From Gammaproteobacteria bacterium (GTDB lineage Bacteria; Pseudomonadota; Gammaproteobacteria; Ga0077536): a stretch of DNA of 64,000 nt. A program made the position numbers and the translations under genes. The stretch is taken from positions 928,001 through 992,000 of the forward strand of contig CAXXLL010000002.1 of NCBI GenBank assembly GCA_963662545.2, in the 5' to 3' direction. This document shows positions 1 to 10,683 of this stretch, piece by piece. The notes below the pieces were generated by a model. That model saw only the letters and a list, made by a program, of their open reading frames with translations, searched no databases and was not told where the DNA came from. Positions within the stretch are counted from its first letter, which is position 1. Each line of letters opens with the position of its first letter.

Positions 1-910
1 AATTCCGTTCAAAATCACTGACGACATGGATCGCGTAGGCGAAGCCGACGACATACACAACGGGCGGCAAGATGATCGTCACGAAATTCAAGGCGTGGCC
101 GGTTGCAACGAAACAGACGAGGGTGCCGATCAGTGCGACGGTATTTGCTATCAGTGGTATGAGGACGCCGCGCAGGCTCCTGAAACCCAGGGCCGCAACG
201 ATGAGGGTCCCAAGTACCGCGAGCGGCATGATTCGGTACAAATCGCGTAACAAAACGCGACTGATTTCGAGCCTCACGAATAGCGGACCCGAAACAAACT
301 GCCGGATCCCCCGGGCTTCGTCACGCGACGCTTCCGAAATACGGTCTACGAGCTCAATGAGTGTCCGCGTATCGAGCGCTGGCTCAAATTGAATCGCGAG
401 CAGTGCGCCGCGACCGTCCGCCGACACCAGGTGTCCGGAAAATAGTGGATTGGCGAGCGCTTCTTCCCGAAGGCGGTCCGCTGCCGCTTGATCGGCAGGA
501 AGGTTTTGTAGAAACGGATCGATCTTCGTCACCGCTTCGTGAGCGCGAATATTGAGAGCCGTGGCCAGGCTTTCCACTTTGATGACACCCGGCAGGCGTT
601 GGATCCGCCGCGTTAAGCGCTTCAGGCCAGCGAGCCGTTCGGGCGAGAAAAGATCGTCAGTGGTCCAGGCGACGAATAGCAAGTCGTCGGTAGCAAACCG
701 TTGGCGCGTTTGCTGGAGGACTTTCAACGCATCCCCGCTTCGCGGCAACAGTGCTTCCATCGACGGGTCGATATCGAGCTTCGGCTCGAATTTCTCGAAA
801 TCGATCAATTGCTCGAGCGCCGGCAGGGTCAGCAACGCGACGCACAAAAGGATCAGCCGCGGATGATCGACGATTACATCGGATAAGCGCGCCAGCGCAC
901 TAATGCCCAT
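1..910 (-). CDS. RND/MMPL family exporter, N-terminal part (runs off left edge)
   Basis: ATG at 908-910 (minus). Translation MGISALARLSDVIVDHPRLILLCVALLTLPAL... followed by a periplasmic domain and TM helices. Lies downstream of a lipoprotein-sorting gene. Not in the ORF track because it is truncated. Confidence 0.8.
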   Translation of the reverse strand, partial: MGISALARLSDVIVDHPRLILLCVALLTLPALEQLIDFEKFEPKLDIDPSMEALLPRSGDALKVLQQTRQRFATDDLLFVAWTTDDLFSPERLAGLKRLTRRIQRLPGVIKVESLATALNIRAHEAVTKIDPFLQNLPADQAAADRLREEALANPLFSGHLVSADGRGALLAIQFEPALDTRTLIELVDRISEASRDEARGIRQFVSGPLFVRLEISRVLLRDLYRIMPLAVLGTLIVAALGFRSLRGVLIPLIANTVALIGTLVCFVATGHALNFVTIILPPVVYVVGFAYAIHVVSDFERN

Positions 911-954
911 CCCAGAATTTTCCCCGTGCGCCGACAGCCGACTCTAGCAGCCTG

Positions 955-1785
955 TCAGTGGGCCTTCTTGACCTCGGCGAATGTGAAAAGACTGTCCCGC
1001 AACTCGGTATCGATTTCGACGTCGATCACGTCGAAAATGGTGTGACTATTCTTTTTGAGATTGTACATGACGGTTCGGAACGGTACGGGACGTCCGTTGA
1101 TCTCCCGAACACTGTCGCGCACGGTCACGAGCGTCTTATCGAGCGCACCGTTATGGCCGAAAAATTCCGTTTTGATCGGAATGCACAAGGCCTGGTCGAT
1201 ATAGGTCCGGATGCGGGAATAAGCGGAAGTATTCTCGTCGGGATGCGTCTCGATCACGTGAGCGCCATACCCATCAAGATCCGCATCTTCGAGCTGCGTG
1301 ACCGACGTATCGTCCATAAATCCTTGCAGGTGGACCGCGTCTTCATAGGTAAAGTCGGTTCCGAGTATTGAATTTGACATCGCGTTACCCGCCACCCGCC
1401 GCGGCCGCCCGAGATCGGGCGTGTACACATATAAAATCGGATCGGCATCCTTGGGCTTGATGATCAGCGCCGATAGCCCCGCTTCATTCGCAGGCAGTTC
1501 GACGCGGAAGAGTACCTTCATATGCCCGTCGTCAAAATGCTTCCAGTACACAGTCCTGGTCGATTCCCGAGACCAGCCCGTCTCATCTACGACCGTCACG
1601 AATTGTTTCTGCTTTATCGTTTGCTTGGGTAATGCGCGGTCCGCGCAGGCCTTCAATTCGGAACCCTCGTCGACGGGCGTATCAGCGACCGTGGTGGAAG
1701 ATAGGAAAAGCGAGGCGAAGCCGATGGACGCCGCCACGCCAACCATCCGTATCAGACGACGCCCAAACGGCGATTTCACATACAT
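955..1785 (-). CDS. Outer-membrane lipoprotein-sorting (LolA-like) protein
   Basis: Signal peptide and a YVYTPDLGRPRRV...ILGTDFTYED motif typical of the family; adjacent to the RND gene. Confidence 0.8.
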   Translation of the reverse strand: MYVKSPFGRRLIRMVGVAASIGFASLFLSSTTVADTPVDEGSELKACADRALPKQTIKQKQFVTVVDETGWSRESTRTVYWKHFDDGHMKVLFRVELPANEAGLSALIIKPKDADPILYVYTPDLGRPRRVAGNAMSNSILGTDFTYEDAVHLQGFMDDTSVTQLEDADLDGYGAHVIETHPDENTSAYSRIRTYIDQALCIPIKTEFFGHNGALDKTLVTVRDSVREINGRPVPFRTVMYNLKKNSHTIFDVIDVEIDTELRDSLFTFAEVKKAH

Positions 1786-2037
1786 GGGTTGAGGGGAAGC
1801 TCGTTTCTGGGTTTTTCAGGTACGCAGTGTGGCTAAAGGTAAGGCGTGCCGGCGGTGCCGAGTTTATCCCTTGGGCGGCCAAATGGGTATGTCCGCCTCG
1901 TTGGCCAAGTAGTTCACGCACCGGCTTCGTCTAGCGATCGGTGCGCCCGCCCCGGAACGGCGTAAACGCTGATAATTTTGAGATAGGATCTAGATAGAAT
2001 GGCCGCTCGAATCGAAAACGCGCTGAGGAGGAAGACG

Positions 2038-2403
2038 ATGGCCATCGAACGTATGCAAAGCGGTTCTCGGATGAGTCAGATAGTCGTCAATGCGGGTACC
2101 GTTTACCTGGCGGGCCAGGTCGCCATGGACGCGCCCGGCGGATCGGCTACCGACCAGACGAAGAACATTCTCGATCGGATCGATGCCCTGCTCGCCGAAG
2201 CGAGCTCCGATAAATCGAAAATTCTGTCCGCGACGATCTGGCTATCGAACATCAAACTGTACGACGAGATGAATACGATTTGGGACGCGTGGATTGACCC
2301 GGACAATCCCCCCGCACGCGCTTGCGTGGAAGCAATCCTGGCGTTTCCCGAGTACGACGTGGAGATCATGGTCGTTGCCGCCCAAAATAGAGAAAAACCG
2401 TGA
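2038..2403 (+). CDS. RidA/YjgF family protein
   Basis: [17 protein letters not shown] and PARACVEA motifs. Confidence 0.9.
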   Translation: MAIERMQSGSRMSQIVVNAGTVYLAGQVAMDAPGGSATDQTKNILDRIDALLAEASSDKSKILSATIWLSNIKLYDEMNTIWDAWIDPDNPPARACVEAILAFPEYDVEIMVVAAQNREKP

Positions 2404-2981
2404 GTCGAATCGTGGAGGAAGTCCTCGCAGCCAATGAACGATACGCGGTGAACTTCGGTGACAAGGGCGCGCTTGCGATTCCGCCTTCGCGACGCTTTGC
2501 CATTCTCACCTGCATGGACGCGCGGCTCGATCCCGCGCAATTCGCGGGTTTGAACGAGGGTGATGCCCATGTCATCCGCAACGCGGGCGGCCGCGCGAGC
2601 GACGATGCGATCCGATCACTAATCATCTCCTACAAGCTGCTTGGCACGAGAGAATGGTTCGTGATTCACCATACCGATTGCGGCATGGAAACATTTACCG
2701 ATGCGATCATGCGAGACCTGCTCGCAAGCAGCTTGGAGACTGCGTCCGTAGATGCATCCGGATGGCGGGATACGGGCGACGGGCCGGGCTCGGCAGAGGG
2801 CGACTACATCGATTGGTTGACGATTTCGGACAATGCGCAGAGCGTGGTCGAAGACGTAGAGCGCATCAGAAACCATCCCCTGGTTCCGGCCGGGATTCCG
2901 GTTTACGGCTACATCTACGACGTGAAGGTCGGCACACTCATCGAAGTCCCGGAAGCGATGGCGGTGGGTAAGACGACCTAA
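2400..2981 (+). CDS. Beta-class carbonic anhydrase
   Basis: TCMDARL, RNAGG and HHTDCGM zinc-binding motifs. Confidence 0.92.
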   Translation: MSRIVEEVLAANERYAVNFGDKGALAIPPSRRFAILTCMDARLDPAQFAGLNEGDAHVIRNAGGRASDDAIRSLIISYKLLGTREWFVIHHTDCGMETFTDAIMRDLLASSLETASVDASGWRDTGDGPGSAEGDYIDWLTISDNAQSVVEDVERIRNHPLVPAGIPVYGYIYDVKVGTLIEVPEAMAVGKTT

Positions 2982-3028
2982 AGCGCGCCGAGCCGCACCG
3001 ATGTGGTCAGCCCCTGCGAGTGCGGGGC

Positions 3029-4006
3029 TCAGGCGAACGCCGGCATGACTTCCCCGGCCAGCAGTTCGTAAGACTCCTGCGACGAAGGCAAACCGATATA
3101 GTAGGTCACGCCCGTGCCCTTGATCCGCGTTTCAAGTTCGCGTTTGACCTCGTCGGGCGTGCCGATCAGGGCGACCGGCGAGCGCTGGGCGGTCTCGTAA
3201 TCGGGGAAGCCGAGCTTCGATGCCATCTCCCGCAGTCCGGCGTCCGCCGGATCCTTCGACAGCCCGAACAGGACCAAACCGCCCAGTTCGATGTCCTGGG
3301 GATCGCGGTCGAGGTCGGACATGAAGCCGTGCAGCATCGCGATCCGCCGTTTCATCGTGGCCATGTCGAAAGCGACCGTAGCGGCCGGGTCGTTGACGAA
3401 ATCGCGGCCATTGGACGTAGGTGGAATGATGTTGAGAATATCGGCGTGTCGCGCGGCGATTTTGAGCAGGCCCTTGCCCGATCCGCCGAGCATGAAGGGC
3501 GGATGCGGTTTCTGCACCGGCCTGGGGTTGTTGTAGGCCTTCTCCACCGAGTAGTGCTTGCCCTTGAAGGACGGGACATCCTGTGTCCACATGGCTTTCA
3601 GTATGCCGATGCAGTCTTCGAGTTGCTCTAGACGTTTCCGCAGGGACGGAAATTCGTACCCGTGCATTTCGTATTCGATGCCTTGCCAGCCTGCCCCCAA
3701 CCCGCAGATGAAACGCCCGTTACTGGCGAGATCCAAGGTCGAGGTGATCTTCGCCAGCAGGGGCGGCGTACGGAAATTGGCGACCCCTACGGCGGGCGCG
3801 AGTCGAATGGTGTCAGTGACCGCGGCAATGGCCGTCAACGTGGTAAAGCATTCCAGTTGTGGAGATTGTGGCGTTCCGAGCGGCGAATAGAAGTGATCAT
3901 TATGAGAAACGGAATAAAAGCCGTCGCTTTCCGCGCGGCGTGCCGTTTCTTGCGCCGCGGTGACGTCGGGCGGGAGCATGAATAGGCCAAACTTGATATC
4001 ACGCAT
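3029..4006 (-). CDS. LLM-class flavin-dependent oxidoreductase
   Basis: DHF, LAKITSTLDLASNGRFICGLGAGW and PRPVQKPHPP motifs. Confidence 0.9.
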   Translation of the reverse strand: MRDIKFGLFMLPPDVTAAQETARRAESDGFYSVSHNDHFYSPLGTPQSPQLECFTTLTAIAAVTDTIRLAPAVGVANFRTPPLLAKITSTLDLASNGRFICGLGAGWQGIEYEMHGYEFPSLRKRLEQLEDCIGILKAMWTQDVPSFKGKHYSVEKAYNNPRPVQKPHPPFMLGGSGKGLLKIAARHADILNIIPPTSNGRDFVNDPAATVAFDMATMKRRIAMLHGFMSDLDRDPQDIELGGLVLFGLSKDPADAGLREMASKLGFPDYETAQRSPVALIGTPDEVKRELETRIKGTGVTYYIGLPSSQESYELLAGEVMPAFA

Positions 4007-4279
4007 GATTGATTCTTATCCTTTTCGTTCTGATCCTTGGATACCAGGCGCATTTAATCATCCTCCACACGGCCATGGATAGGCCTCACGCGACAGCGCG
4101 CCCTCGGGTGAGGCGCGCAAGATCAACGCGGCGAAATGGAGGTTTGATGAAAACTGTATTCGTCGAAAATATCATCAAGCCGTTGAATCAACGTGTCGCA
4201 CAAATTGTTAGACTGAACCCTGACTAAGATAATTATCCCTTAAGAGGCTGTTAACTCATTCAAGCGGAGGCCCCCTGCC

Positions 4280-4900
4280 ATGACTGTTCCGAAATGGCAC
4301 ATCGAAATGGATTACATCGAATCGTGCAATTGCGACTACGCCTGCCCCTGCAATTTCATCGGCTACCCTACGGACGGCAAGTGCCAGACCATGGCCGCCT
4401 ACCATATTCGTAAAGGGACATATGGCGAGACGCCGTTGGACAATATCAATCTAGTGATGGCGGCTTCATGGCCCGGCGCCATTCACCAGGGCAACGGTAC
4501 CGTGCGTCTGCACGTCGGTGACTCGACCAGCGAGCCGCAGCGCGAGGCGATCGTGATGATTTGGTCTGGCCAGGCCAAGGGCAACGGCCCCTTCGAGCTT
4601 TTCTCCAGCACCTTTTCGACGGTGGAGACGCCGTTATTCACGACCGTCGAGATCCACGTCGACGGCCGCAACAGCTGGTTTCGCGTGCCGGGCATGATCG
4701 ACGTGCAGCTCGAACCATTCACGAATCCCGTGTCGGGCGATGTGCAGGATATCCAGGTCCACATGCCAGAGGGCTTCATCTTCAAGAAGGCGCTCGCGGC
4801 GAAGACGCGCGTGATGAAACTGCTCGGCATGGGGCCTCTGAGCTACGACCATACCGGGCAGAATGCGTTTTTTGCCGAAGTGGCGTACGCGGGACCGTAA
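4280..4900 (+). CDS. DUF1326 family Cys-rich protein
   Basis: ESCNCDYACPC N-terminus and WPGAIHQGNG. Confidence 0.85.
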   Translation: MTVPKWHIEMDYIESCNCDYACPCNFIGYPTDGKCQTMAAYHIRKGTYGETPLDNINLVMAASWPGAIHQGNGTVRLHVGDSTSEPQREAIVMIWSGQAKGNGPFELFSSTFSTVETPLFTTVEIHVDGRNSWFRVPGMIDVQLEPFTNPVSGDVQDIQVHMPEGFIFKKALAAKTRVMKLLGMGPLSYDHTGQNAFFAEVAYAGP

Positions 4901-4930
4901 GCTGATGAATTCGCCGGGCATTGGATCCAA

Positions 4931-5908
4931 TCACCGCAAACGAGGGTGGGAAAAATGTAATCGCGCATCGCAAGCTCGCGACGTGATCGATTCGTACAGG
5001 CGCAGGTTTCCGAGGGTTTGCCATCGCGCGGACTTTTTCTCGCCGTCGCCAAAGTCCGCAAGGTCGATGCGATAGATCAGTTCAGCGCCCGGATAGCGCT
5101 CCACTCGGAGTTCCTCCCGGAAGTCGTCAAAGTCTACGCGTGGTGTCTCCGGTTCGATGATCAAGCGCATCCAGTACGGCGAGACTACCGCCGCGCCCGG
5201 GTCAATTCCGGCTTCGGCTGCATGGGTGATCGGTCGGAAGGTCAGATTTGCACCGCCGGACCCCGCTTCCTCGTCTGCGACTTTGAGATCGCGGCGCAAG
5301 CGCAATGCTGCACGGATCGTCCCAAATGCAGGAAGGCGGCCGAGCTCAGGATCGTTATCGAGCACAGCATCGATGATATGGGATCGTTTTGCGCCACCAA
5401 AAGCCTCCATCACGAATAGATTGACGGAGTGCGCGGGCGATTCGAAATCGCTAACAGGGAACATTTTGATGGCCAGGCCAAACGTGCGGCGGTGCCGGGC
5501 CGTGGTCTCCCCGAACAGAACCGAGCCCCGCACGATCGCTTTCTCATGCGTTCCCGCGGCGAACGTTCCCGTGTATGGGGAAGCTTGCTCGATGGTCCAG
5601 TCGCCAGAAAAGCAGATGCCGTTGGCCTGCAAGAGTTTTCGGCCCCGCGGATAATCATGAAGATCGGCCTCCTCTGACAGGATGCGACGCGCCGCGGCGC
5701 GGAGCGCGTTGTCAGGGCGCTCGCCGGAGGGGCCGAACGATTCGAGGTCAACCGGAAAGGTCGGCAATTGAGCGTAGGGCTGCCGGAATACGAACTCGCG
5801 CAGATCCGTGAACCGGGATCGGGTCTCGGCGTTCGCGTCGAAATGCCACGACCAGGCAAGCAAAAGCAGGGCCGAAATCTTAACAGCAGGTAAATACGGA
5901 CTGGTCAA
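4931..5908 (-). CDS. Secreted catalase-like fold protein (start uncertain)
   Basis: Long ORF with a signal-like segment (KISALLLLAWSW) and RKLLQANGICFSG...IVRGS...GLAIKMF, resembling catalase-related beta-barrel proteins but without the catalytic His. Confidence 0.55.
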   Translation of the reverse strand: MTSPYLPAVKISALLLLAWSWHFDANAETRSRFTDLREFVFRQPYAQLPTFPVDLESFGPSGERPDNALRAAARRILSEEADLHDYPRGRKLLQANGICFSGDWTIEQASPYTGTFAAGTHEKAIVRGSVLFGETTARHRRTFGLAIKMFPVSDFESPAHSVNLFVMEAFGGAKRSHIIDAVLDNDPELGRLPAFGTIRAALRLRRDLKVADEEAGSGGANLTFRPITHAAEAGIDPGAAVVSPYWMRLIIEPETPRVDFDDFREELRVERYPGAELIYRIDLADFGDGEKKSARWQTLGNLRLYESITSRACDARLHFSHPRLR

Positions 5909-6008
5909 AGTAATACATGAAACTGCGCCGTGTCGATTGAGAAGACCGTCGCTACATCGAAGGGTTCCATCGGCGAACTTTTGGGCCGTCAGAGTCTCTA
6001 ATTGCATC

Positions 6009-7265
6009 GTGAACGACAAAAAGACTGCGATAAAAATAACTCGGGAGAGAATGGGAGGGGTGTATTCCCCCAACCAGGTCCTGGGTCGTACCCTTGCGAT
6101 CGGCTGCACTGCGGTCGAGATTACCCAGCGCTGTAATCTCGATTGCACGCTCTGCTACCTGTCGGAACACTCCGAAGAAGTCCGCGATATTCCACTGGAA
6201 GAAGTGTTCCGTCGCCTCGATCAAGTGCGCGCGCAATTCGGCCCCGACACCAGCGTTCAGATCACCGGCGGCGATCCGACCCTGCGCAAGCACGACGAGC
6301 TGATCACGATCGTGCGCCATGCCAGGAATATAGGACTTTTCCCGGCACTTTTTACGAACGGTATCGCGGCTTCGCGCAAGCTGCTGACCCGGCTTGCGCG
6401 CGCCGGCTTGTGTGATGTCGCCTTTCATGTCGACACCACCCAGAGGCGTGGCGGCTTCAACAGCGAAGCCGATCTCAACACGGTGAGGCAGGCGTATCTG
6501 GAGCGGTCGGCCGGACTCGGCATCAAAGTCATTTTCAACACCACGATCCATGACGGAAATCTGCACGAAATCCCGGCGCTCGTACAATTCTTTACCCGTC
6601 ACGCGGACCAGATAGAACTGGTATCGCTGCAGGTACAGGCGTCGACCGGACGCGGTGAGTGGGATACGCGGTCCACATCCGTGTCACTCGACTCGGTGCG
6701 GCGGCAGATTGAAAAGGGCGCCCGCCGCCCGCTGCCCTGGGACATTATCCGCGTCGGTCATCCCGGCTGCCATAGCTACGTCCCCACCTTCGTGATCAAC
6801 GAAAAGATTCATCCGATCATCGAAGATGTCGAATTGTTTTCGCGCTTCCTCGACGACTTCGACGGCGCACATTACGATCGCCGCGAAAGCAAGGCGCGCC
6901 TGCTGGCCGGTTATCTGATTGCATTCGCGAAGCGGCCGCGCTGGATCTTAAAAGCGGCACGCTTCGCCGGCAAGGCTGCATGGCGCGCCCGCCGCGACCT
7001 CTTTGCGGCCCGTCTACGTGTCCAGCGCCTGTCCTTCTTCGTGCAGAATTTCATGGATGCCGCGAACCTCGATCCAGAACGCATCGAAGCCTGTTCTTTC
7101 ATGGTCATGACCGATCGGGGGCCGGTTTCGATGTGCCAGCACAATGCGAATCGCGACGACTATATCCTGCGGCCGATTACGTTTTACACGCCCGACGGCG
7201 CGCGCCGGGTTTTCCACCCAATTGCGGATACGTCCCGCGCGGAGAAGCGACGGCATGTCGTCTAA
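6009..7265 (+). CDS. Radical SAM protein (start uncertain: 6009 or 6051)
   Basis: CNLDCTLC (CxxxCxxC), QITGGDPT and C-terminal FMDAANLDPERIEACSFMV...MC. Confidence 0.9.
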   Translation: MNDKKTAIKITRERMGGVYSPNQVLGRTLAIGCTAVEITQRCNLDCTLCYLSEHSEEVRDIPLEEVFRRLDQVRAQFGPDTSVQITGGDPTLRKHDELITIVRHARNIGLFPALFTNGIAASRKLLTRLARAGLCDVAFHVDTTQRRGGFNSEADLNTVRQAYLERSAGLGIKVIFNTTIHDGNLHEIPALVQFFTRHADQIELVSLQVQASTGRGEWDTRSTSVSLDSVRRQIEKGARRPLPWDIIRVGHPGCHSYVPTFVINEKIHPIIEDVELFSRFLDDFDGAHYDRRESKARLLAGYLIAFAKRPRWILKAARFAGKAAWRARRDLFAARLRVQRLSFFVQNFMDAANLDPERIEACSFMVMTDRGPVSMCQHNANRDDYILRPITFYTPDGARRVFHPIADTSRAEKRRHVV

Positions 7266-8040
7266 AGTGGTGCTCACAATTCAAATTCGACCCGGAGCCT
7301 TCCTCCTCGCGTTGCTGTTGTCCGTATTCGCCGTACCCTCTTTGGCGGTGGATTACGACGCGGCTATCAAAGCCTGGGGCAGGGTACTCGACCTCTATGT
7401 CGATGAAGCAGGACGCATCGATTTTCGTGCGCTCTCAACCGATCGGGCGGACCTCGATCGCTTCGTCGGCGTGTTGGCGGAAATAGGCCCCGGCAGCCGC
7501 GCGGACCTGTTCAATTCACCTGAAAAAGTCCTGGCTTACCACATCAACGCTTACAATGCGCTCGCGATGCACGGCGTAATCGAAGCGGGGATCCCGGAAG
7601 GATTCAATCGCTTCTTCAAGCGCGTACGCTTCTTCAGATTTCGTGAAGTGAAAGTGGACGGCGCAAGGACGAATCTCTACGACTACGAAAACGACGTCAT
7701 CCGACCACTGGGTGATCCCAGGATTCACTTCGCATTGAACTGCATGGTGCGTGACTGTCCGCGTCTGCCCGTCAAACCGTTCGACGCTGCGATGCTCGAT
7801 TCGCAATTGGAAAGCGCAACCGTCGATTTCTTCAATAACCCGCGGTACCTGCGCGCGGATAATGGGAAAAAGGAAGTCTGGCTTTCGGAGATCCTCAAAT
7901 TTTATACGGAGGATTTTGTCCCAAGCGCCCGCGCGCAGGATCTGATCGGGTATGTGAATCCTTACGTCGAAGCGAAGATTCCAACCGACTACAAGGTGCG
8001 TTTCACGTCTTATGACTGGGCGATTAACCAGCAGCCCTGA
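7255..8040 (+). CDS. DUF547 domain protein, exported
   Basis: LAYHINAYNAL, DPRIHFALNC and YDWAIN motifs; signal peptide; overlaps the radical SAM stop. Confidence 0.88.
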   Translation: MSSKVVLTIQIRPGAFLLALLLSVFAVPSLAVDYDAAIKAWGRVLDLYVDEAGRIDFRALSTDRADLDRFVGVLAEIGPGSRADLFNSPEKVLAYHINAYNALAMHGVIEAGIPEGFNRFFKRVRFFRFREVKVDGARTNLYDYENDVIRPLGDPRIHFALNCMVRDCPRLPVKPFDAAMLDSQLESATVDFFNNPRYLRADNGKKEVWLSEILKFYTEDFVPSARAQDLIGYVNPYVEAKIPTDYKVRFTSYDWAINQQP

Positions 8041-8049
8041 GAAACTGAC

Positions 8050-8074
8050 AAAAAAACGGCTCCCGAAGGAGCCG
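8050..8074 (-). terminator. Intrinsic terminator
   Basis: Hairpin CGGCTCC-CGAA-GGAGCCG preceded by an A7 run (U-tract on minus), between convergent genes. Confidence 0.75.
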
Positions 8075-8103
8075 CTGAACCGGTTAAGGATTCGAAAACA
8101 ACC

Positions 8104-9243
8104 TTAAGCCGGTGGGTCGAATCCAAGTTCGTTGGGAAAGCCCTCGATGTCCGGCGGTGGGTAATAGCGATCCGAACCGAGCGCGTCGACGCGGGCGAAG
8201 AAGTCTTCGTCGGCGGCGAAACCCATCGGGCCGATCTGCCGTAGATTCATCGCTTGGCGGTAGATGTTCCACGATTCCGGGCGAAGCTCGACGGCGGCCT
8301 GTAGGAAGCTGTTGCCCTCGGCTTCGTTGCCGCTTGTATGCAGGTAAAGCCCCAACCTGAAGTTCGCGTTGGCCAGCGCCACGTTGCCAGTCGGCAGTTG
8401 CATGTGCGCGCGCGCCGCTGCTTCGCTGAACACGTGCCTGCTCTCGGCGCCGTTGACGGCCCAGTCGCGCACCGCGTTGACGTAGGTCTCCTGTGCCTTG
8501 GCGATGATGGCCGCCGAATCCTCCGGCACGGAGAGGTCTTCGCGGTTCATCGAGCGCCAGCCGTCGTGAGAACCGGCGGTTTCGGTCGGCCGGACGATGC
8601 GGCCGTTCTCATCGATCCAGACCGACTGCGGTACGTTCACCATATTGTAGAGATCGGCCACGTGATGTTCGCGATCGATCAGGTTGACGTAAGTCGGCTT
8701 CGCTTCCTCGATCCACTCGCGCGCCGTTTCGTTTCCGCGGCTCTCCTCGGCGACCGATATGATGATGAAATTCTCGTCTTTGACTTGCTCGTACATTGCC
8801 TGCCACACGGACAGGTCATAACGGCACCCTCACCAGGAGGACCAGGTAGTCAAAAATACCCGTTTACCACGGTAGTCGGACAGCGAATGCGGTTTACCGT
8901 CGAGATCGGGCAGGGTGAAATCGGGCGCTTCGAGGGTCTCGAGTGCCTTGGCGCGTTCGCCGGCGCTGTTGCCGAGCATCCAGGTGTCGCCCGCGGCGTC
9001 GTGCAATACCGGGCTATCGATGTGCCGCCAGAACTCGGCGACGTTCACGGCGCCTTCGCGCACGAACTGATCGTCTCGATCCTTCGGCACCGGTACGCAG
9101 ACCTCACCGCGGCACAGGCCTTCCGGTTTCATCGTCCAGCCGGTTGCGCGCGTGACGTCTTCGATCGGAAGCCAGAGGCTTTCGTCCGCGGCTTCGGCAC
9201 CGGCAACGTCGGTTGCGCCGGCTTCAGTCAATATTGTGGCCAT
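8104..9243 (-). CDS. Selenocysteine-containing TlpA/AhpC-TSA-like redoxin (Sec UGA at 8830-8832)
   Basis: ORFs 8830-9243 and 8104-8808 are in frame across a single TGA at the active site (TTWSSW-U-GCRYDL); SECIS-like hairpin CCTGTC-CGTGT-GGCAGG downstream. Confidence 0.82.
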
Positions 9244-9273
9244 CCCGCTTTCTCCCGTGATTTTCTGCTTCTA

Positions 9274-9320
9274 GGAACCTCTGAACAATTCAGATATGCC
9301 ATGACTTATTCAGAGGTTTC
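9274..9320. mobile_element. Internally deleted MITE copy (GGAACCTCTGAA family)
   Basis: GGAACCTCTGAACAA...TTATTCAGAGGTTTC terminal repeats, same as the copies at 20624 and 26214. Confidence 0.7.
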
Positions 9321-9484
9321 TTAAATATCAGCCTGCCAGCCCGGAGCATAGCGCATTGTCACCACGGTGGGTGGGTCGAACTGTTGCCGGCGGGGAGACC
9401 GCGATGCGCTACACTCCAGGGCATGCTCCCGGGTATCATTTAAATTCCCCGCGCATGGAATTCGTGCGGACGAGGAGAGGGACC

Positions 9485-10651
9485 ATGAACCCACCGCAAC
9501 TGCCCAGATTGCCCATGGCCGGCGCCGTCGATGCCGACGGGCACATACTCGAGGCGCCCGATCTCTGGGAGCGTTATCTGGAACCCAAGTACCGCGATCG
9601 CGCGATTCGCATTAAGAAGGATCCGGAGGGTCTGGAATACCTCGAAGTGGACCGCAAACCGGCGAAGATGTCGCGCAAAGGGCTGCCTTCGAACCTCGGC
9701 ATCATGGACCAGAACGGCGGGTTCCATTATGAGCGCGAGCCGACGGGCAGCGGTTACGTCGACAATGCGTCGTTCGGATCGATGGATCCGGCCGAACGGA
9801 TTCAACGCCTCGATATAGAAAATATCGAACGTGTATTTCTCTACCCGACGGTCGGACTTTTGTGGGAACCCGAGTGCGAGGATCTTGAACTGGCGATGGC
9901 TTATGCGCGCGCCTACAATCGATGGATCGTGGATTTCTGCTCCGATTCGGCAGGCAGGCTGCTCCCTATCGCGCACATCCCATTCGGGATCCCGGAATTG
10001 GCCGAGGTGGAACTTCGGCGCGCCGCGAAAGACGGCGTGTTGGGGTTTTATTCCGCGCCGTTCATCTGGAGTCGCAAGGGCCACGGCCATCCCGATCATC
10101 ACCGTATCTTCGCCGCGGCCCAGGAACTCGGCCTGCCGTTCGGGATCCACCCGTCATTCGAACCCCATTGGTCCGCATCGACCCGCTTTGGCAAGATGAC
10201 GGGCCGCGATACCGCCTTTTATCAGAATATCGTGGCGGGCAATGCCATTCGCGAGGGATTCACGACACTCTTTCAATACGGGGTGTTCGATCTCTTTCCC
10301 GAACTTCGGGTCGTCATCCTGGAAGTGGGCGCCGGCTGGATCGGGTACTGGATCGAGCGCATGGATGCCGCCTACGATTCGCCACTCGGCCGCAGCGTGC
10401 CCTTGAAGGACAAGCCAAGCGATTATTTTCGTCGCCAGTGCTGGATTTCCGGGGACCCGGATGAGCGCTCGCTGGCTGGCGTCATCCCATACGTTGGCGA
10501 AGACCGCTTTTTCTGGGCCAGCGATTTCCCGCATGCCGATCACCCGCCTGAATATGTTCCCAATTTGATCGAACTCCTCGCGCTTGTTCCGGAGTCAGGG
10601 CGGGAAGGATTGCTCGGGAAGAACGTGCTGGACTGTTACGGATTAAATTGA
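9485..10651 (+). CDS. Amidohydrolase_2 family protein
   Basis: DADGHILE, GIHP, ILEVGAGW and WASDFPHAD motifs. Confidence 0.9.
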   Translation: MNPPQLPRLPMAGAVDADGHILEAPDLWERYLEPKYRDRAIRIKKDPEGLEYLEVDRKPAKMSRKGLPSNLGIMDQNGGFHYEREPTGSGYVDNASFGSMDPAERIQRLDIENIERVFLYPTVGLLWEPECEDLELAMAYARAYNRWIVDFCSDSAGRLLPIAHIPFGIPELAEVELRRAAKDGVLGFYSAPFIWSRKGHGHPDHHRIFAAAQELGLPFGIHPSFEPHWSASTRFGKMTGRDTAFYQNIVAGNAIREGFTTLFQYGVFDLFPELRVVILEVGAGWIGYWIERMDAAYDSPLGRSVPLKDKPSDYFRRQCWISGDPDERSLAGVIPYVGEDRFFWASDFPHADHPPEYVPNLIELLALVPESGREGLLGKNVLDCYGLN

Positions 10652-10683
10652 ACAAACCTTGCCAAATGAGGAGTCACTAAACC

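Noticed and set aside
4240-4262. TTAAGAGGCTGTTAACTC as an IS/MITE end
   Set aside because: No partner inverted repeat or second copy was found in the window
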